64,000 nucleotides of DNA from positions 2,126 through 66,125 of the forward strand of contig CACCEJ010000005.1 in the NCBI GenBank assembly GCA_902545035.1. The letters are read 5' to 3'. Source of the DNA: an uncultured Pelagibacteraceae bacterium. Lineage in GTDB: Bacteria > Pseudomonadota > Alphaproteobacteria > Pelagibacterales > Pelagibacteraceae. Shown here piece by piece: positions 32,134 to 42,503 of this stretch; position 1 is the stretch's first letter; each line of letters opens with the position of its first letter. Position numbers and translations under genes: made by a program. The notes beneath the pieces were generated by a model that saw only the letters and a list, made by a program, of their open reading frames with translations, was not told the DNA's origin and made no database searches.

Positions 32134-32720
32134 TTAGATATTTTTTTATCATTTAATTCTACCATCGCCTTTCCTGGAGCAAAAGTATAATCGTTATCAT
32201 CCATTAATTTTCCATTTTTCATATTATATAATTTCCAATTAAATTTAATATTGCTATTTTGTTTTTTTCCTAATTTTAAAATTGTTAATTCAATTTTTCT
32301 AGGTTTACCTCCAGAAGATCCTTCGAAAGACCTGGTTTCTCCTTCTTTCCAAATTCCCAAGGGAAATTTGCATCCATTTTCAATTATTCTACCACCACGT
32401 CTACTATCCCAAATTCTTCCTATGCATTGTCCATCGTTAGTTATAGTAAATAGCTGGGTTTTAAGACCACTTTGCCCTTTTCTTGTTCTTTTATAAACTT
32501 TTATTTTTTCTCCAGTTTCTGGATGATGCCAATCTTCAGGACCTATAATTTCCTTTCTTTTTTTTTCGCCAAATACCAAATTAGCTTTTGTAAATTTTAT
32601 TTCTTTATCATTTCTAATTTTCCCACCTGTAAAGAGTTCTAAAGGTATAAATCTTTCAAAAGCTTGGGAGAATTGAGTTAATAAAACTAATATTACAAAA
32701 CTATAAAAAAGTTTTTTCAT
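32130..32720 (-). CDS. Secreted hypothetical protein
   Basis: Likely start is the ATG at 32720 (MKKLFYSF..., signal peptide), coupled to the upstream stop via TGATG. Confidence 0.7.
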   Translation of the reverse strand: MKKLFYSFVILVLLTQFSQAFERFIPLELFTGGKIRNDKEIKFTKANLVFGEKKRKEIIGPEDWHHPETGEKIKVYKRTRKGQSGLKTQLFTITNDGQCIGRIWDSRRGGRIIENGCKFPLGIWKEGETRSFEGSSGGKPRKIELTILKLGKKQNSNIKFNWKLYNMKNGKLMDDNDYTFAPGKAMVELNDKKISK

Positions 32721-33232
32721 CAAAAAATAGACTTTGAATATTTTTTCCAATTTTCTTGGTACCTAATTGCGTTTTGTTTTATTGCATTAATTTCATCATC
32801 AGTACACTGTCTTATTACTTTTCCAGGTGATCCCATTACTAAAGAATTATCAGGAATTTCTTTTCTTTCTGTTACCAATGATTTAGCGCCAATTATACAA
32901 TTCTTTCCAATTTTTGCTCTATTAAGAACAACTGCTCCAATCCCAATTAAAGAGTTGTCATCAATTGTGCACCCATGGAGCATAACCATATGACCAATCG
33001 TTACGTTCTTTCCAATTTTCAAAGGGTAACCTGGATCTGTATGTAATACACTTCCATCTTGTACATTTGAACCTTCTCCAATGTGTATATTTTCGATATC
33101 ACCTCTAAGAGTTGCATTAAACCAGACACTGGAGTTTTTTTCTAATGTTACGTCTCCAATTATAACAGCGTTAGGTGCTACCCAATTTTCGCCAAGGTTT
33201 TTTGGTTTTTTACCTTTTAAATCGTAAAACAT
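32720..33232 (-). CDS. Gamma carbonic anhydrase family protein (YrdA/PaaY-like)
   Basis: Hexapeptide repeats with LRGD, NVQDGSVLH and GHMVMLHGC. Confidence 0.92.
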   Translation of the reverse strand: MFYDLKGKKPKNLGENWVAPNAVIIGDVTLEKNSSVWFNATLRGDIENIHIGEGSNVQDGSVLHTDPGYPLKIGKNVTIGHMVMLHGCTIDDNSLIGIGAVVLNRAKIGKNCIIGAKSLVTERKEIPDNSLVMGSPGKVIRQCTDDEINAIKQNAIRYQENWKKYSKSIF

Positions 33233-33252
33233 AAATTATATAGTCTTTTATC

Positions 33253-33804
33253 ATGGCATTAACAAAAACACCAATTTGTGACTTCGGTAAAAAAGCTGAT
33301 TACTTTGAACTTAAATCAATAGACAATAAAATAATTTCATTGAATGATGTAAAAGGTGAAAATGGAACATTAATAATGTTTATCTGTAATCACTGTCCTT
33401 ATGTTTTGGCAGTGATCAAAAATGTAGTCGAAGACTGTAAGAATTTGGAGAATGATGGTATTAAATCTATAGCGATAATGTCAAATGACCCAAAAAGATA
33501 TGAAGAAGATTCATTCGATAATATGGTCAAATTCTCGAAAAATCATAATTTTAATTTTCCATATGTAATAGATGAAACTCAACAAATAGCAAAAACTTAT
33601 GGTGCAGTCTGTACTCCAGATTTTTTTGGATATAATAAAGATCTTGAACTTCAATACAGAGGGAGAATAAGAGAGTTACAAAATTTAAAACCTACTGAAA
33701 ATGGAGAAAGTGAGCTAAAAAAAGCCATGAAAATGATTGCAAAATCCAACAAAGGTCCAAATGAACAGTTTCCAAGTATGGGCTGCAGTATTAAGTGGTT
33801 TTAA
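33253..33804 (+). CDS. Thioredoxin-fold AhpC/TSA-like protein
   Basis: FICNHCPYV, AVCTPDFF and terminal MGCSIKW. Confidence 0.9.
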   Translation: MALTKTPICDFGKKADYFELKSIDNKIISLNDVKGENGTLIMFICNHCPYVLAVIKNVVEDCKNLENDGIKSIAIMSNDPKRYEEDSFDNMVKFSKNHNFNFPYVIDETQQIAKTYGAVCTPDFFGYNKDLELQYRGRIRELQNLKPTENGESELKKAMKMIAKSNKGPNEQFPSMGCSIKWF

Positions 33805-33810
33805 TAAATA

Positions 33811-34893
33811 ATGTATTTATTAATCACTAGAACTTTTCCACCAGAACTAGGAGGTATGCAAAATCTCATGTGGGGATTGGCAAGATCTCTTGCAAAACTT
33901 AATTTAATAAAAGTATTTGCAGATTATCACGAAAATCATGAAGAGTTTGATAATTCTGTTTCATTTTCAATTGAAAGAGTTAGTGGAATGAAGCTAATTA
34001 GAAAATATCGAAAATCTTATTTGATAAATGATTATCTTGAAAATAATAAAAATGTAAAATGTTTAATTGCTGATCATTGGAAAAGTTTAGAACTAATCAA
34101 AACAAATAAAAAGAAAATCTGTTTAATTCACTCAAAGGAAATAAACCATCCTAGAGGCTCAGGATTAAATAAAAAAGTTTTATCAGTTTTAAACAACGTG
34201 GATCATGTTGTTGCTAATTCGAATTATACAAAAAATTTAGCTATAGACTTAGGAGTGGAAGAAAAAAAAATAGTTGTTATAAATCCTGGAATTGATCCAG
34301 TGGTTGGAGTTCCAAAAAAATATTTAGCTGAGGCTGAGGAAATATTAAAGGGTAAGAAAAATAGACTAATTACAGTTTCAAGATTTGATAAAAGAAAAAA
34401 TCATGAAAAAGTAATTATGGCTGTTAGAAACCTAAAAGAAATTTATCCAGATATAATTTATATTTGTATTGGGTATGGAGATGAGGAAGAAAAATTAAAA
34501 AAATTAGTTGTTGAGCTAAAATTAGAAGATCAAGTAACTTTTTTAAAAGATATACCAACCGATTTAAAAAACGCTCTTATTGTAAAATCAAACATTTTTA
34601 TAATGCCATCCATAATTTATAAAAAATCAGTTGAAGGTTTTGGTATAGCCTATGTTGAAGCTGCCCAATATGGTATTCCGTCTATTGGAGGCAAAGATGG
34701 AGGAGCTTCAGATGCAATAATTCATGAAAAAACTGGTTTAATATGCGATGGTAACAAACTAGAAGATATTTACACAAGTATAGATACTCTTTTTAAAGAA
34801 AATAAACATCTAGAGTATGGCAAAGAAGCAAAAATTAATTCTACAAACTTTCTATGGGATAAGATAATTGAAAAATATAAGAGAATCTTATAA
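33811..34893 (+). CDS. GT4 family glycosyltransferase
   Basis: FPPELGGMQ, SRFDKRKNH and EGFGIAYVEA motifs. Confidence 0.92.
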   Translation: MYLLITRTFPPELGGMQNLMWGLARSLAKLNLIKVFADYHENHEEFDNSVSFSIERVSGMKLIRKYRKSYLINDYLENNKNVKCLIADHWKSLELIKTNKKKICLIHSKEINHPRGSGLNKKVLSVLNNVDHVVANSNYTKNLAIDLGVEEKKIVVINPGIDPVVGVPKKYLAEAEEILKGKKNRLITVSRFDKRKNHEKVIMAVRNLKEIYPDIIYICIGYGDEEEKLKKLVVELKLEDQVTFLKDIPTDLKNALIVKSNIFIMPSIIYKKSVEGFGIAYVEAAQYGIPSIGGKDGGASDAIIHEKTGLICDGNKLEDIYTSIDTLFKENKHLEYGKEAKINSTNFLWDKIIEKYKRIL

Positions 34894-34902
34894 AATAGAA
34901 AT

Positions 34903-35322
34903 ATGATTGCAAAGTTTAATAACATTTTTTACTTAATTATCTTTCTTGCACATTTTATAGGAATAGCTGCATATTGTTTTCAAACAATTGTTGGAACCAA
35001 AAAATTTATGGATAAGTTTGGTATAGATCATAGTGCAGCTGTAATGGTTAGATTTGTTGGAGCATTAATGCTTGGTTGGGTAATAATGGCTATTTATATA
35101 ATGTTTGTAAGACCAAATGGAGTTGAAGGTACTTGGGCATTTTTTAATTTAATATTTATCATACATGCATGTGTTTTAGGAACAAATTTCTACTCGCTTA
35201 AAATTGATAAAACTGGTCTTAATGAAAAAGTTACAAATGAAGGTATTATAGCGCCTACAGTCTTTTTAATCATGATGGCTATACTTTGTTACGGTTTATC
35301 AGATAAAATTTATATTACTTAA
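34903..35322 (+). CDS. Four-TM hypothetical membrane protein
   Basis: Hydrophobic 139-aa ORF in operon orientation. Confidence 0.7.
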   Translation: MIAKFNNIFYLIIFLAHFIGIAAYCFQTIVGTKKFMDKFGIDHSAAVMVRFVGALMLGWVIMAIYIMFVRPNGVEGTWAFFNLIFIIHACVLGTNFYSLKIDKTGLNEKVTNEGIIAPTVFLIMMAILCYGLSDKIYIT

Positions 35323-36668
35323 ATAGAATTTAAAACTTGTTTCGCAGCTCTTTCACCACTTAGATCCGCTCCATGACATGTTGCAAAAACCCCTGTGGTT
35401 GCTTCACCAGCAAAGAATAATTTGTTTGCAACTGGTATTTTTAATTTTTTTCTTAAATGAGATTTTCCAGGTTTGGCGCTTGAATATGATCCAAGTGTAA
35501 ATGGGTTTTTTCCCCATGCTGTTACATGTGCTTTTATGAAATATTTATCAATTTTAGACCCAAATGCTGAACGAAGCCTATTTAATACAAAATCAATAGA
35601 AGCATCTTTACCCTCGGCCTCTAAATGCTGAGCAAATTTTCCTCCTACATCAAAATATGAAATATTAGTTCCTGATATTTTTAGCGTTGCACAAGAACCA
35701 GCAGGAGATCCATTTATTGTATTTTCAATTCTGTTTACTAAATATGTATCATTTTTCACTTTGTATTCTTTATAAAAATCATCTTTTAACTGGAATGTAA
35801 TGTGATTGTAAGTTCCTAATCTTATTCCATCAAATGCTTCGTATTTCTCTAGGGGTAGTGCAGGACTAAATTTTATTTTTCCAGCATTTAGTACTGCTAC
35901 TGAAACTGTTACCACACATGTTTTTGCACTTATTGTTCCTTGATTTGTCTCTATTTGCACACCTTTACCGCCCCATTTAATTTCGTTTACCACAGTCTTT
36001 AATTTAACCGGTACATCTTTTCTGTAATAGGCAAGTAAAGTTCCATATCCCTCTTTTACATATCCATCTCCCTCACCTTGATGTGTCCCATTAGTATGAC
36101 TATCGTTTAAGGTATAATCATCAAAGTCCACAGCTGGCTGGCACGGACCAAGCAATTGATGGACAGATTGAAACCATTTATTCTTTTTCCATTTTTCTGG
36201 AATTTTGCTCATAAAAGGCTCATCTTTTGATGGAATATCATTTTTTTTCCATTTTTTCTTTTCAACCTTTGAATACAGTGAACCAAGCTTAAAGCCCTTA
36301 ATTTTCTTTTCTCCATCATAAATCATCAAAGGCTCTTTATCTTTGTAGATATTAAATTTATCTTTATGTTTTTTGCCAAATTCTGCTATTTGGTTTTTAC
36401 TGTATTGATGTAACCAGTGAGCACCCATATCATATGGAACGCCAAAAATAGAATTATCAGTGTAGCATCTTCCACCTTTTCTACTCATTGCCTCAATACA
36501 TAGTACAGATTTGCCCGATGCCATTAAATTTGAAGTTGCAGCTAATCCAGATGCTCCTGCACCAATTACTACAACATCATAATTATTTTGAGCGAGGGAT
36601 ATTTTAGGTAGGCTTAATAATGCTAATGAAGATAAAGATGTTTTTAGAAATTTTCTTCTATTTATCAT
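35319..36668 (-). CDS. Tat-exported flavin-dependent amine oxidase family protein
   Basis: NRRKFLK Tat signal, VVIGAGASG, GGR, DMGAHW, GSYS and FFAGEA motifs. Confidence 0.88.
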   Translation of the reverse strand: MINRRKFLKTSLSSLALLSLPKISLAQNNYDVVVIGAGASGLAATSNLMASGKSVLCIEAMSRKGGRCYTDNSIFGVPYDMGAHWLHQYSKNQIAEFGKKHKDKFNIYKDKEPLMIYDGEKKIKGFKLGSLYSKVEKKKWKKNDIPSKDEPFMSKIPEKWKKNKWFQSVHQLLGPCQPAVDFDDYTLNDSHTNGTHQGEGDGYVKEGYGTLLAYYRKDVPVKLKTVVNEIKWGGKGVQIETNQGTISAKTCVVTVSVAVLNAGKIKFSPALPLEKYEAFDGIRLGTYNHITFQLKDDFYKEYKVKNDTYLVNRIENTINGSPAGSCATLKISGTNISYFDVGGKFAQHLEAEGKDASIDFVLNRLRSAFGSKIDKYFIKAHVTAWGKNPFTLGSYSSAKPGKSHLRKKLKIPVANKLFFAGEATTGVFATCHGADLSGERAAKQVLNSI

Positions 36669-38161
36669 TTTCTTATTATAGATTTATAAAAATGCCAGAC
36701 AACTATTAAAATAGTAGTTAAAAGAATACACAATGTAAGTGTTCTGTCCCATAGAAACTCCCATGAACCATTACTTAATAGCAAAGATCGTCTTAAATTT
36801 TCCTCCATAAGACCTCCTAATACAAAGGCAAGTATTAGAGGTGGCATAGGAAAATCATATAGTCTTAAAAATGTTGCAACAACTGCAATTCCAATCATTA
36901 AATAAATATCGAAGTTATTGAAAGACATTACATAAATTCCTGTAACTGAAAAAAATAAAATTAAAGGTATTAAATAATTTTTAGGAACAGCAAGAATTCT
37001 TGCAATGTATGGAATAAGAGGAAGATTTAAAATTAATAATATTACCATTCCAATATACATTGACATAATTATGGACCAAAAAATTTCTGGATTTGTCATA
37101 TACAATCTTGGTCCAGGCTGAACTCCAAAACCTAATAGTGCACCTAACATAACTGCTGTAGTTCCACTTCCTGGTATACCTAGCGTTAACATGGGAACAA
37201 ATGAACCAGAGCACGCTGCATTATTTGCTGTTTCAGGAGCTGACAATCCATTTACACTTCCTTTACCAAATTTTTCTTTTTCTTCGTCGTTAACTACATT
37301 TCTTTCCATTCCATAAGCTAAGAAAGATGCAATTGTTGCGCCTGCACCTGGTAATACGCCAATTAAAAAACCTATTATTGATGATCTAGGAATTGTCTTA
37401 TACATTTTGGTTCTTTCTTCTTTGTTGATTTTAATTGAACCAAGTTCTGTTAATGAAACTTGTTTTGCAGCACTTGTAGGATCATTTCTTTTTAGTATGA
37501 TTGTAAGCGCTTCACTCATAGCAAAAGTTGCCATCACAACTAATACAAAGCTAATTCCATCTGTTAAGTTCATATTATTAAATGTAAATCTTGTAATATC
37601 CGATAAGCTATCTTGACCAACTGAAGCTAACATTAAACCCAATACTACCATCATCATTGCTTTTAAAAATTGACCTTTAGAAGAAAAAGCAGCAATAGCG
37701 GTTAAACCTAGAATCATTAAAGCAAAATAATCTGGTGATCTAAATGATAAACTTACTTTAGATAAACTGGGTGCCATAAACAAAAGATATATTGCAGATA
37801 ATGTTCCCCCTGCAAAAGAACTCCAAGCAGCAATTGCTAAAGCCTTACCTGCCTTTCCTTGTTGTGCCATTGGGTAACCATCAAATGAGGTGGCAACAGT
37901 CCCTGGAACACCCGGTGCGTTAAGCAAAATTGAGGAAGTCGAGCCACCAAATACAGCACCATAATAAACTCCAGCCATCAGAATTAATCCTGTAGCAGGA
38001 TCAAAACCATAAGTAATTGGTATCATTAAAGCAATGGCAGTCATTGGGCCAAGTCCAGGCAACATTCCAATAATAGTTCCAAAAAAACAACCTACCATTA
38101 CCATTAAAATATTTTGAAGCGTCAGAGCTGTGGTTAATCCAATTAAAATTCCTTCTATCAT
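36665..38161 (-). CDS. tctA: Tripartite tricarboxylate transporter large permease
   Basis: GMLPGLG, DGYPMA..G and APETANNA..GS.VPMLTLGIPG motifs. Confidence 0.95.
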   Translation of the reverse strand: MIEGILIGLTTALTLQNILMVMVGCFFGTIIGMLPGLGPMTAIALMIPITYGFDPATGLILMAGVYYGAVFGGSTSSILLNAPGVPGTVATSFDGYPMAQQGKAGKALAIAAWSSFAGGTLSAIYLLFMAPSLSKVSLSFRSPDYFALMILGLTAIAAFSSKGQFLKAMMMVVLGLMLASVGQDSLSDITRFTFNNMNLTDGISFVLVVMATFAMSEALTIILKRNDPTSAAKQVSLTELGSIKINKEERTKMYKTIPRSSIIGFLIGVLPGAGATIASFLAYGMERNVVNDEEKEKFGKGSVNGLSAPETANNAACSGSFVPMLTLGIPGSGTTAVMLGALLGFGVQPGPRLYMTNPEIFWSIIMSMYIGMVILLILNLPLIPYIARILAVPKNYLIPLILFFSVTGIYVMSFNNFDIYLMIGIAVVATFLRLYDFPMPPLILAFVLGGLMEENLRRSLLLSNGSWEFLWDRTLTLCILLTTILIVVWHFYKSIIRK

Positions 38162-38628
38162 CCCATAACTCCAATTGATTGTAAAAATGGATCTCTTAAA
38201 TAAATATCAAGAATACCATGAAGGAGGTACATAAAAGCTGCAACGAAGGGAAAGGATAACAAAAACATCAAGACCCATCTTCTCTCACCTAAAAAATAAT
38301 AAGATGAAAACAAAAATAAAGAAGTTGTTAAAAAGTACCCAACTTTTAAAATTGTAGCTCCATAAATAATAGCAATTACTATAAGTATCGCTGTTTTTTT
38401 ATACTCTAGATTTTTATGGTCTACTTTTATGGTGTTAGGCTCAGGTAGAACAAGCTTTAACCCAGAAAAAAATAATCCTGCATAGCCTAAATAAATTGGA
38501 AATGTTCTAGCATTAAATGGTGCATTTTCATCAAATGCAAAAACTTGAATTTGGTAAGCCGTATATAAATAAAATGCAGAGAAAATAAAAAAGAGCAGTG
38601 ATATAATTTTTGTAGTATTTATATTCAC
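38158..38628 (-). CDS. tctB: Tripartite tricarboxylate transporter small permease
   Basis: Four to five TM helices and ARTFP; lies between tctC and tctA. Confidence 0.88.
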   Translation of the reverse strand: MNINTTKIISLLFFIFSAFYLYTAYQIQVFAFDENAPFNARTFPIYLGYAGLFFSGLKLVLPEPNTIKVDHKNLEYKKTAILIVIAIIYGATILKVGYFLTTSLFLFSSYYFLGERRWVLMFLLSFPFVAAFMYLLHGILDIYLRDPFLQSIGVMG

Positions 38629-38653
38629 TGCTCTAATTAAATAATCTTAAAGA

Positions 38654-39634
38654 TTAAATTACTCCTAGTTTTTTCATAAGAGCTGTCATTTCTTCAGTTT
38701 GTTTTTCTAAGAAAGAAACAAACTTTCCTTCTGGGTTGTAAATATTTACCCATGCATTTCTTGCTCTTACAGTTTCCCATTCAGGAGTTTTTTGTACGTC
38801 GCCTAACATTTTAGCAATTTTTGATTTATCAGAATTGCTCATTCCTGGAGGTCCAAAAAAACCTCTCCAGTTAACGAATTGTACATCATACCCTTGTTCT
38901 TTTAATGTAGGTGCATCTGGAGCATCTGATACTCTTGATGGAGCAGTAATACCAATAATTCTTACTTGGTCTCTTGCACCCATCAATTCACCTAGACCTG
39001 TTGATATAATTTGAGTCTCCCCAGATAAAAGTCCAGCTAATGCTTTTCCTCCAGCATCATATGGTATATATGCAACTGAATTCGGGTCAGCTCCTGCTGC
39101 TTGAAAAGCTAAAGCACCAATTAGATGGTCCATGCTTCCTCTGACAGAACCACCAGCCATCTTAACTGAATTTGGATCTTTGTTGTAAGCATCAACTACA
39201 TCTTTAAAGTTTTTAAAAGGTGAACTTTTTGCTACTGCAATAGCTCCATAATCACCTATAACTCCAGCAATCGGCACAACGTCTTTATAAGACAAAGTTC
39301 CATTACCTTTTACATAACCTTTATGTCTGGTGATTGATCTTAAGACCAATGGTGTTGATTGAACTAGAATTGTATTAGCGGGTTTTGTGTTAATCATGTA
39401 AGCTAAAGCTTTTCCACCTCCACCACCTGACATATTTTCAAATGATGCACTTTTTAACATTCCAGCTTTTGTTAAAGCTTCTCCTGTTCCTCTAGCAGTT
39501 CCATCCCAACCACCTCCAGCACCACCACCAATTACAAAGTGCAATTTATCCATTGCTACTGAGCTTGAAGTTGTTGCTGAAATTAAAAGTAAAGTTGAGA
39601 ATAAAACTGTAATTAAAGATTTAATTAGTTTCAT
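38654..39634 (-). CDS. tctC: TTT substrate-binding protein (TctC/Bug)
   Basis: GGGWDGTAR, PTLKEQG and NWRGFFGPPG. Likely start is the ATG at 39634 after an AGAGAGGA RBS. Confidence 0.92.
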   Translation of the reverse strand: MKLIKSLITVLFSTLLLISATTSSSVAMDKLHFVIGGGAGGGWDGTARGTGEALTKAGMLKSASFENMSGGGGGKALAYMINTKPANTILVQSTPLVLRSITRHKGYVKGNGTLSYKDVVPIAGVIGDYGAIAVAKSSPFKNFKDVVDAYNKDPNSVKMAGGSVRGSMDHLIGALAFQAAGADPNSVAYIPYDAGGKALAGLLSGETQIISTGLGELMGARDQVRIIGITAPSRVSDAPDAPTLKEQGYDVQFVNWRGFFGPPGMSNSDKSKIAKMLGDVQKTPEWETVRARNAWVNIYNPEGKFVSFLEKQTEEMTALMKKLGVI

Positions 39635-39711
39635 TATTTCCTCTCTTATTATAATTATAATACCTGATATTAAACATAGATTTATATTTAGTGTCAATAA
39701 TGATTACGTAA

Positions 39712-40782
39712 ATGTTAAATACTTTATCATTTCAAAATTTTTTTAAAGATTTGGGCGCCAGTTATAAAGCTCTCGCTGTTGGTATTATAGGTGGTTATAT
39801 TGGAACTATAATTGGGCTTCCTTTGCCATGGTTATTAGGTTCTCTTGGTTTGAATCTTTGTGTGGCTTTTACAAAATTTGACATAAAGTTTCCCACAAAA
39901 TTATTAAATCCTATTTTTTTAATGGTTGGAATAATTCTTGGCGGGACACTAAATATATCTTTATTATACAAAATACATTTGTGGGTTTTCTCATCTGTAG
40001 CAATGTTGGTATGTACAATTGTAAGTACAATATTGGCTGGTTTATATTTTGTTAAAGTTTGTAAATTTGACAAATTTATTGCTACTTTAGCAGCTCTACC
40101 AGGTGCATTTGTTCCAATTGCTGCAGCACTTTTAGAATATGGTAAAAAGGATAATCATAAGCAAGTATTAATTCCACAAGCAACAAGGGTAATTTTTATT
40201 GTTAGTTTTGTGCCAATTCTATTTATTAGTAATTTGGGTTTTTCAGAGATCGAAGGATATAATTACGATAACATCTACAATCTTAGATATTATTTTGAAA
40301 TATTATTTTTAATTTTTATTTGTTATTTATTTTCAATATTTTTAAAAAAACTAAAAATTCCATCTCCAATTCTTGTTGGAGCGATGACTTTGTCTGGATT
40401 ATTTTATACTTTTGAAATTTTGAATGCTAGATTTCCTGATTTTATAATCAATATTGCTTTCATTTTTTTAGGAACAGCACTCGGCAGTAGATTAAATGGT
40501 TTAAAACTAAAAGAGTTAGTTTTTTATATTTTTCATGGGGTTATGGTGAGTTCTATTCTTGTAATTGTTGCAATGGTAACAGCTTATTTATTACAATTTC
40601 TTGGCTTTGATTTCATTCCTACATTTTTAAGTTTTGCGCCAGGAGGCATACATGAGATGGTTGTAATAAGTGTAGCATATAATATTGATCCAATCTTTGT
40701 TAGTTATCATCACTTTTTAAGAATATTAATTATTGTAGCCTTTCTTCCTATTATTCTTAAAAAATTTACTGATGAAGTTTAA
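39712..40782 (+). CDS. AbrB-family duplicated membrane protein
   Basis: LPLPWLLGS, AALPGA, SFAPGGIHEM and HHFLR; divergent from tctCBA, a commonly seen arrangement. Confidence 0.85.
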   Translation: MLNTLSFQNFFKDLGASYKALAVGIIGGYIGTIIGLPLPWLLGSLGLNLCVAFTKFDIKFPTKLLNPIFLMVGIILGGTLNISLLYKIHLWVFSSVAMLVCTIVSTILAGLYFVKVCKFDKFIATLAALPGAFVPIAAALLEYGKKDNHKQVLIPQATRVIFIVSFVPILFISNLGFSEIEGYNYDNIYNLRYYFEILFLIFICYLFSIFLKKLKIPSPILVGAMTLSGLFYTFEILNARFPDFIINIAFIFLGTALGSRLNGLKLKELVFYIFHGVMVSSILVIVAMVTAYLLQFLGFDFIPTFLSFAPGGIHEMVVISVAYNIDPIFVSYHHFLRILIIVAFLPIILKKFTDEV

Positions 40783-40786
40783 ATAT

Positions 40787-41530
40787 TTAAATAAAGTCTA
40801 TAATGAGTTTCGTACTACTTAAAAGTATTAATGCATAAAGCATATTATAAAATAAATTTTCTTCTATAATTTTTAATAATTTATAGCCAATAAATATTCC
40901 AATTATAGCTAGAGGGAAAAGGGAGATAGATTGATACAATGTATCAAAATTCATCATTGATAAATAAATGTACAGTGGAAGTTTTATTAAATTAACACAG
41001 CTAAAAAAAATTATTCTAGTTCCAACGTAAACTTCTTTTTTTAATCTTAATGGTAATAAATAAAGACTCGTAGGAGTTCCACCTGCATGTACACAAAAAC
41101 TTGAAAATCCCGCTATTGACGAGCATATAGCACCCTTTAAAAAATTTTGCTTAGCTGGAATTGTTTTTTCTTTTTTAAACAAAAAATAATGTCCGGAAAA
41201 TAAAAAACCCATTATCCCTACTATTAGTTTAAGCAAATTTTCTGAAAAATTATTAAACGTAAAAGAGCCAATTAGAATACCTACTGCTGCAAAGGGAACT
41301 ATTACTTTAAGAATACTAAAATCAAATTCTCTTCTAAATCTATATACAGCAATAATGTCCGAAAATATTAGAATAGGCAGAATGATTGCAAGTGCTTGTT
41401 GTAATGGCATAACAACAGTCATCAAAGGAACAGATATCAATGATATAGAACCACCTAAACCAGATTTTGCAATTCCATAAAGTATTATGGCTGGAACAAC
41501 ACTTACAAAAAAAAGGAAATTTATTTCCAT
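40787..41530 (-). CDS. TSUP/TauE family membrane transporter
   Basis: GIAKSGLGG, FCVHAGG and VNLIKLP motifs. Confidence 0.85.
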   Translation of the reverse strand: MEINFLFFVSVVPAIILYGIAKSGLGGSISLISVPLMTVVMPLQQALAIILPILIFSDIIAVYRFRREFDFSILKVIVPFAAVGILIGSFTFNNFSENLLKLIVGIMGFLFSGHYFLFKKEKTIPAKQNFLKGAICSSIAGFSSFCVHAGGTPTSLYLLPLRLKKEVYVGTRIIFFSCVNLIKLPLYIYLSMMNFDTLYQSISLFPLAIIGIFIGYKLLKIIEENLFYNMLYALILLSSTKLIIDFI

Positions 41531-42471
41531 TAATTCAAAGATTGTAAAAAATATTCAAAAACTTTTCCTGGAGAAAGTTTACTAAGATCTGTGACTTGTA
41601 TAGCTTTAAAATTTTCTCTTTCTATACTTACTTTGTATGCTGATGTATGTGATCCGAATAATGCCACTCCTTTAACACCAAGATGTGAAGTCATGTGTGC
41701 TGGTCCTGTATCATTTGATATAACAAAAGTACTATCTTTTATTAAAGATGAAAGTTCCTGTATATTTAATGATTTATTTTCGTTTAAAATTGAAATTGCA
41801 TTTAAATCTTTTGTCATATCTATCTCTTTAGGACCTGGAGCAACTACAATTTTATAATCATTGTCAAATTTTTTTTTTATTAAATCTATGAGTTCATTGT
41901 AATAAGGCCATTTTTTAATTGTCAAATGTGGTGAACAGAAAGGAAATAAAACTATGTATTTATTTAAACCAAATTTTTTTTTTATATTTTCTATATTGGA
42001 GCAGGCCCATTTAAAATCAGGATACATAGTATGTTGAATTTTGACACCAGATGTTTTTAATTGATGTTTAAATCTATCTAGAACAGGGTTTTTATCAAAT
42101 TCATCTTTAGATTTATCTTTCGGTAATGTTGTTTCAGAAGATGACCAAACTAGATTACCAGCATTAGGAAATAATATTCTTTTATAGAAACTTGAACGAG
42201 AGGAATTTTGTAAATCAAAAACTTTTATAAATTTGTATTTTTTTAATTTGCGCATAAGATTGAATAAATAAATCAAATTAAATCTTGATAATCTCTTGTC
42301 TAAAATTGTACCTGCTAGATAGGGGTTTTGCTCAAAAAGATTAATATAAGGCTTTGATGTTAATAAATAGATTTTATCATCTTTATGAAAAACAGAAATA
42401 TCTTGAATTGCACCACTTGCTTGGGCTATATCACCTAAAGAACCATGTTTAATTATCAAAATATTAGACAT
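41530..42471 (-). CDS. GT9 family (ADP-heptose:LPS heptosyltransferase-like) glycosyltransferase
   Basis: IKHGSLGDI, DLQ, KKWP and SNDTGPAHM motifs. Confidence 0.9.
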   Translation of the reverse strand: MSNILIIKHGSLGDIAQASGAIQDISVFHKDDKIYLLTSKPYINLFEQNPYLAGTILDKRLSRFNLIYLFNLMRKLKKYKFIKVFDLQNSSRSSFYKRILFPNAGNLVWSSSETTLPKDKSKDEFDKNPVLDRFKHQLKTSGVKIQHTMYPDFKWACSNIENIKKKFGLNKYIVLFPFCSPHLTIKKWPYYNELIDLIKKKFDNDYKIVVAPGPKEIDMTKDLNAISILNENKSLNIQELSSLIKDSTFVISNDTGPAHMTSHLGVKGVALFGSHTSAYKVSIERENFKAIQVTDLSKLSPGKVFEYFLQSLN

Positions 42472-42503
42472 ATTTTTAACAACTTAACACACTATATATA
42501 TTT

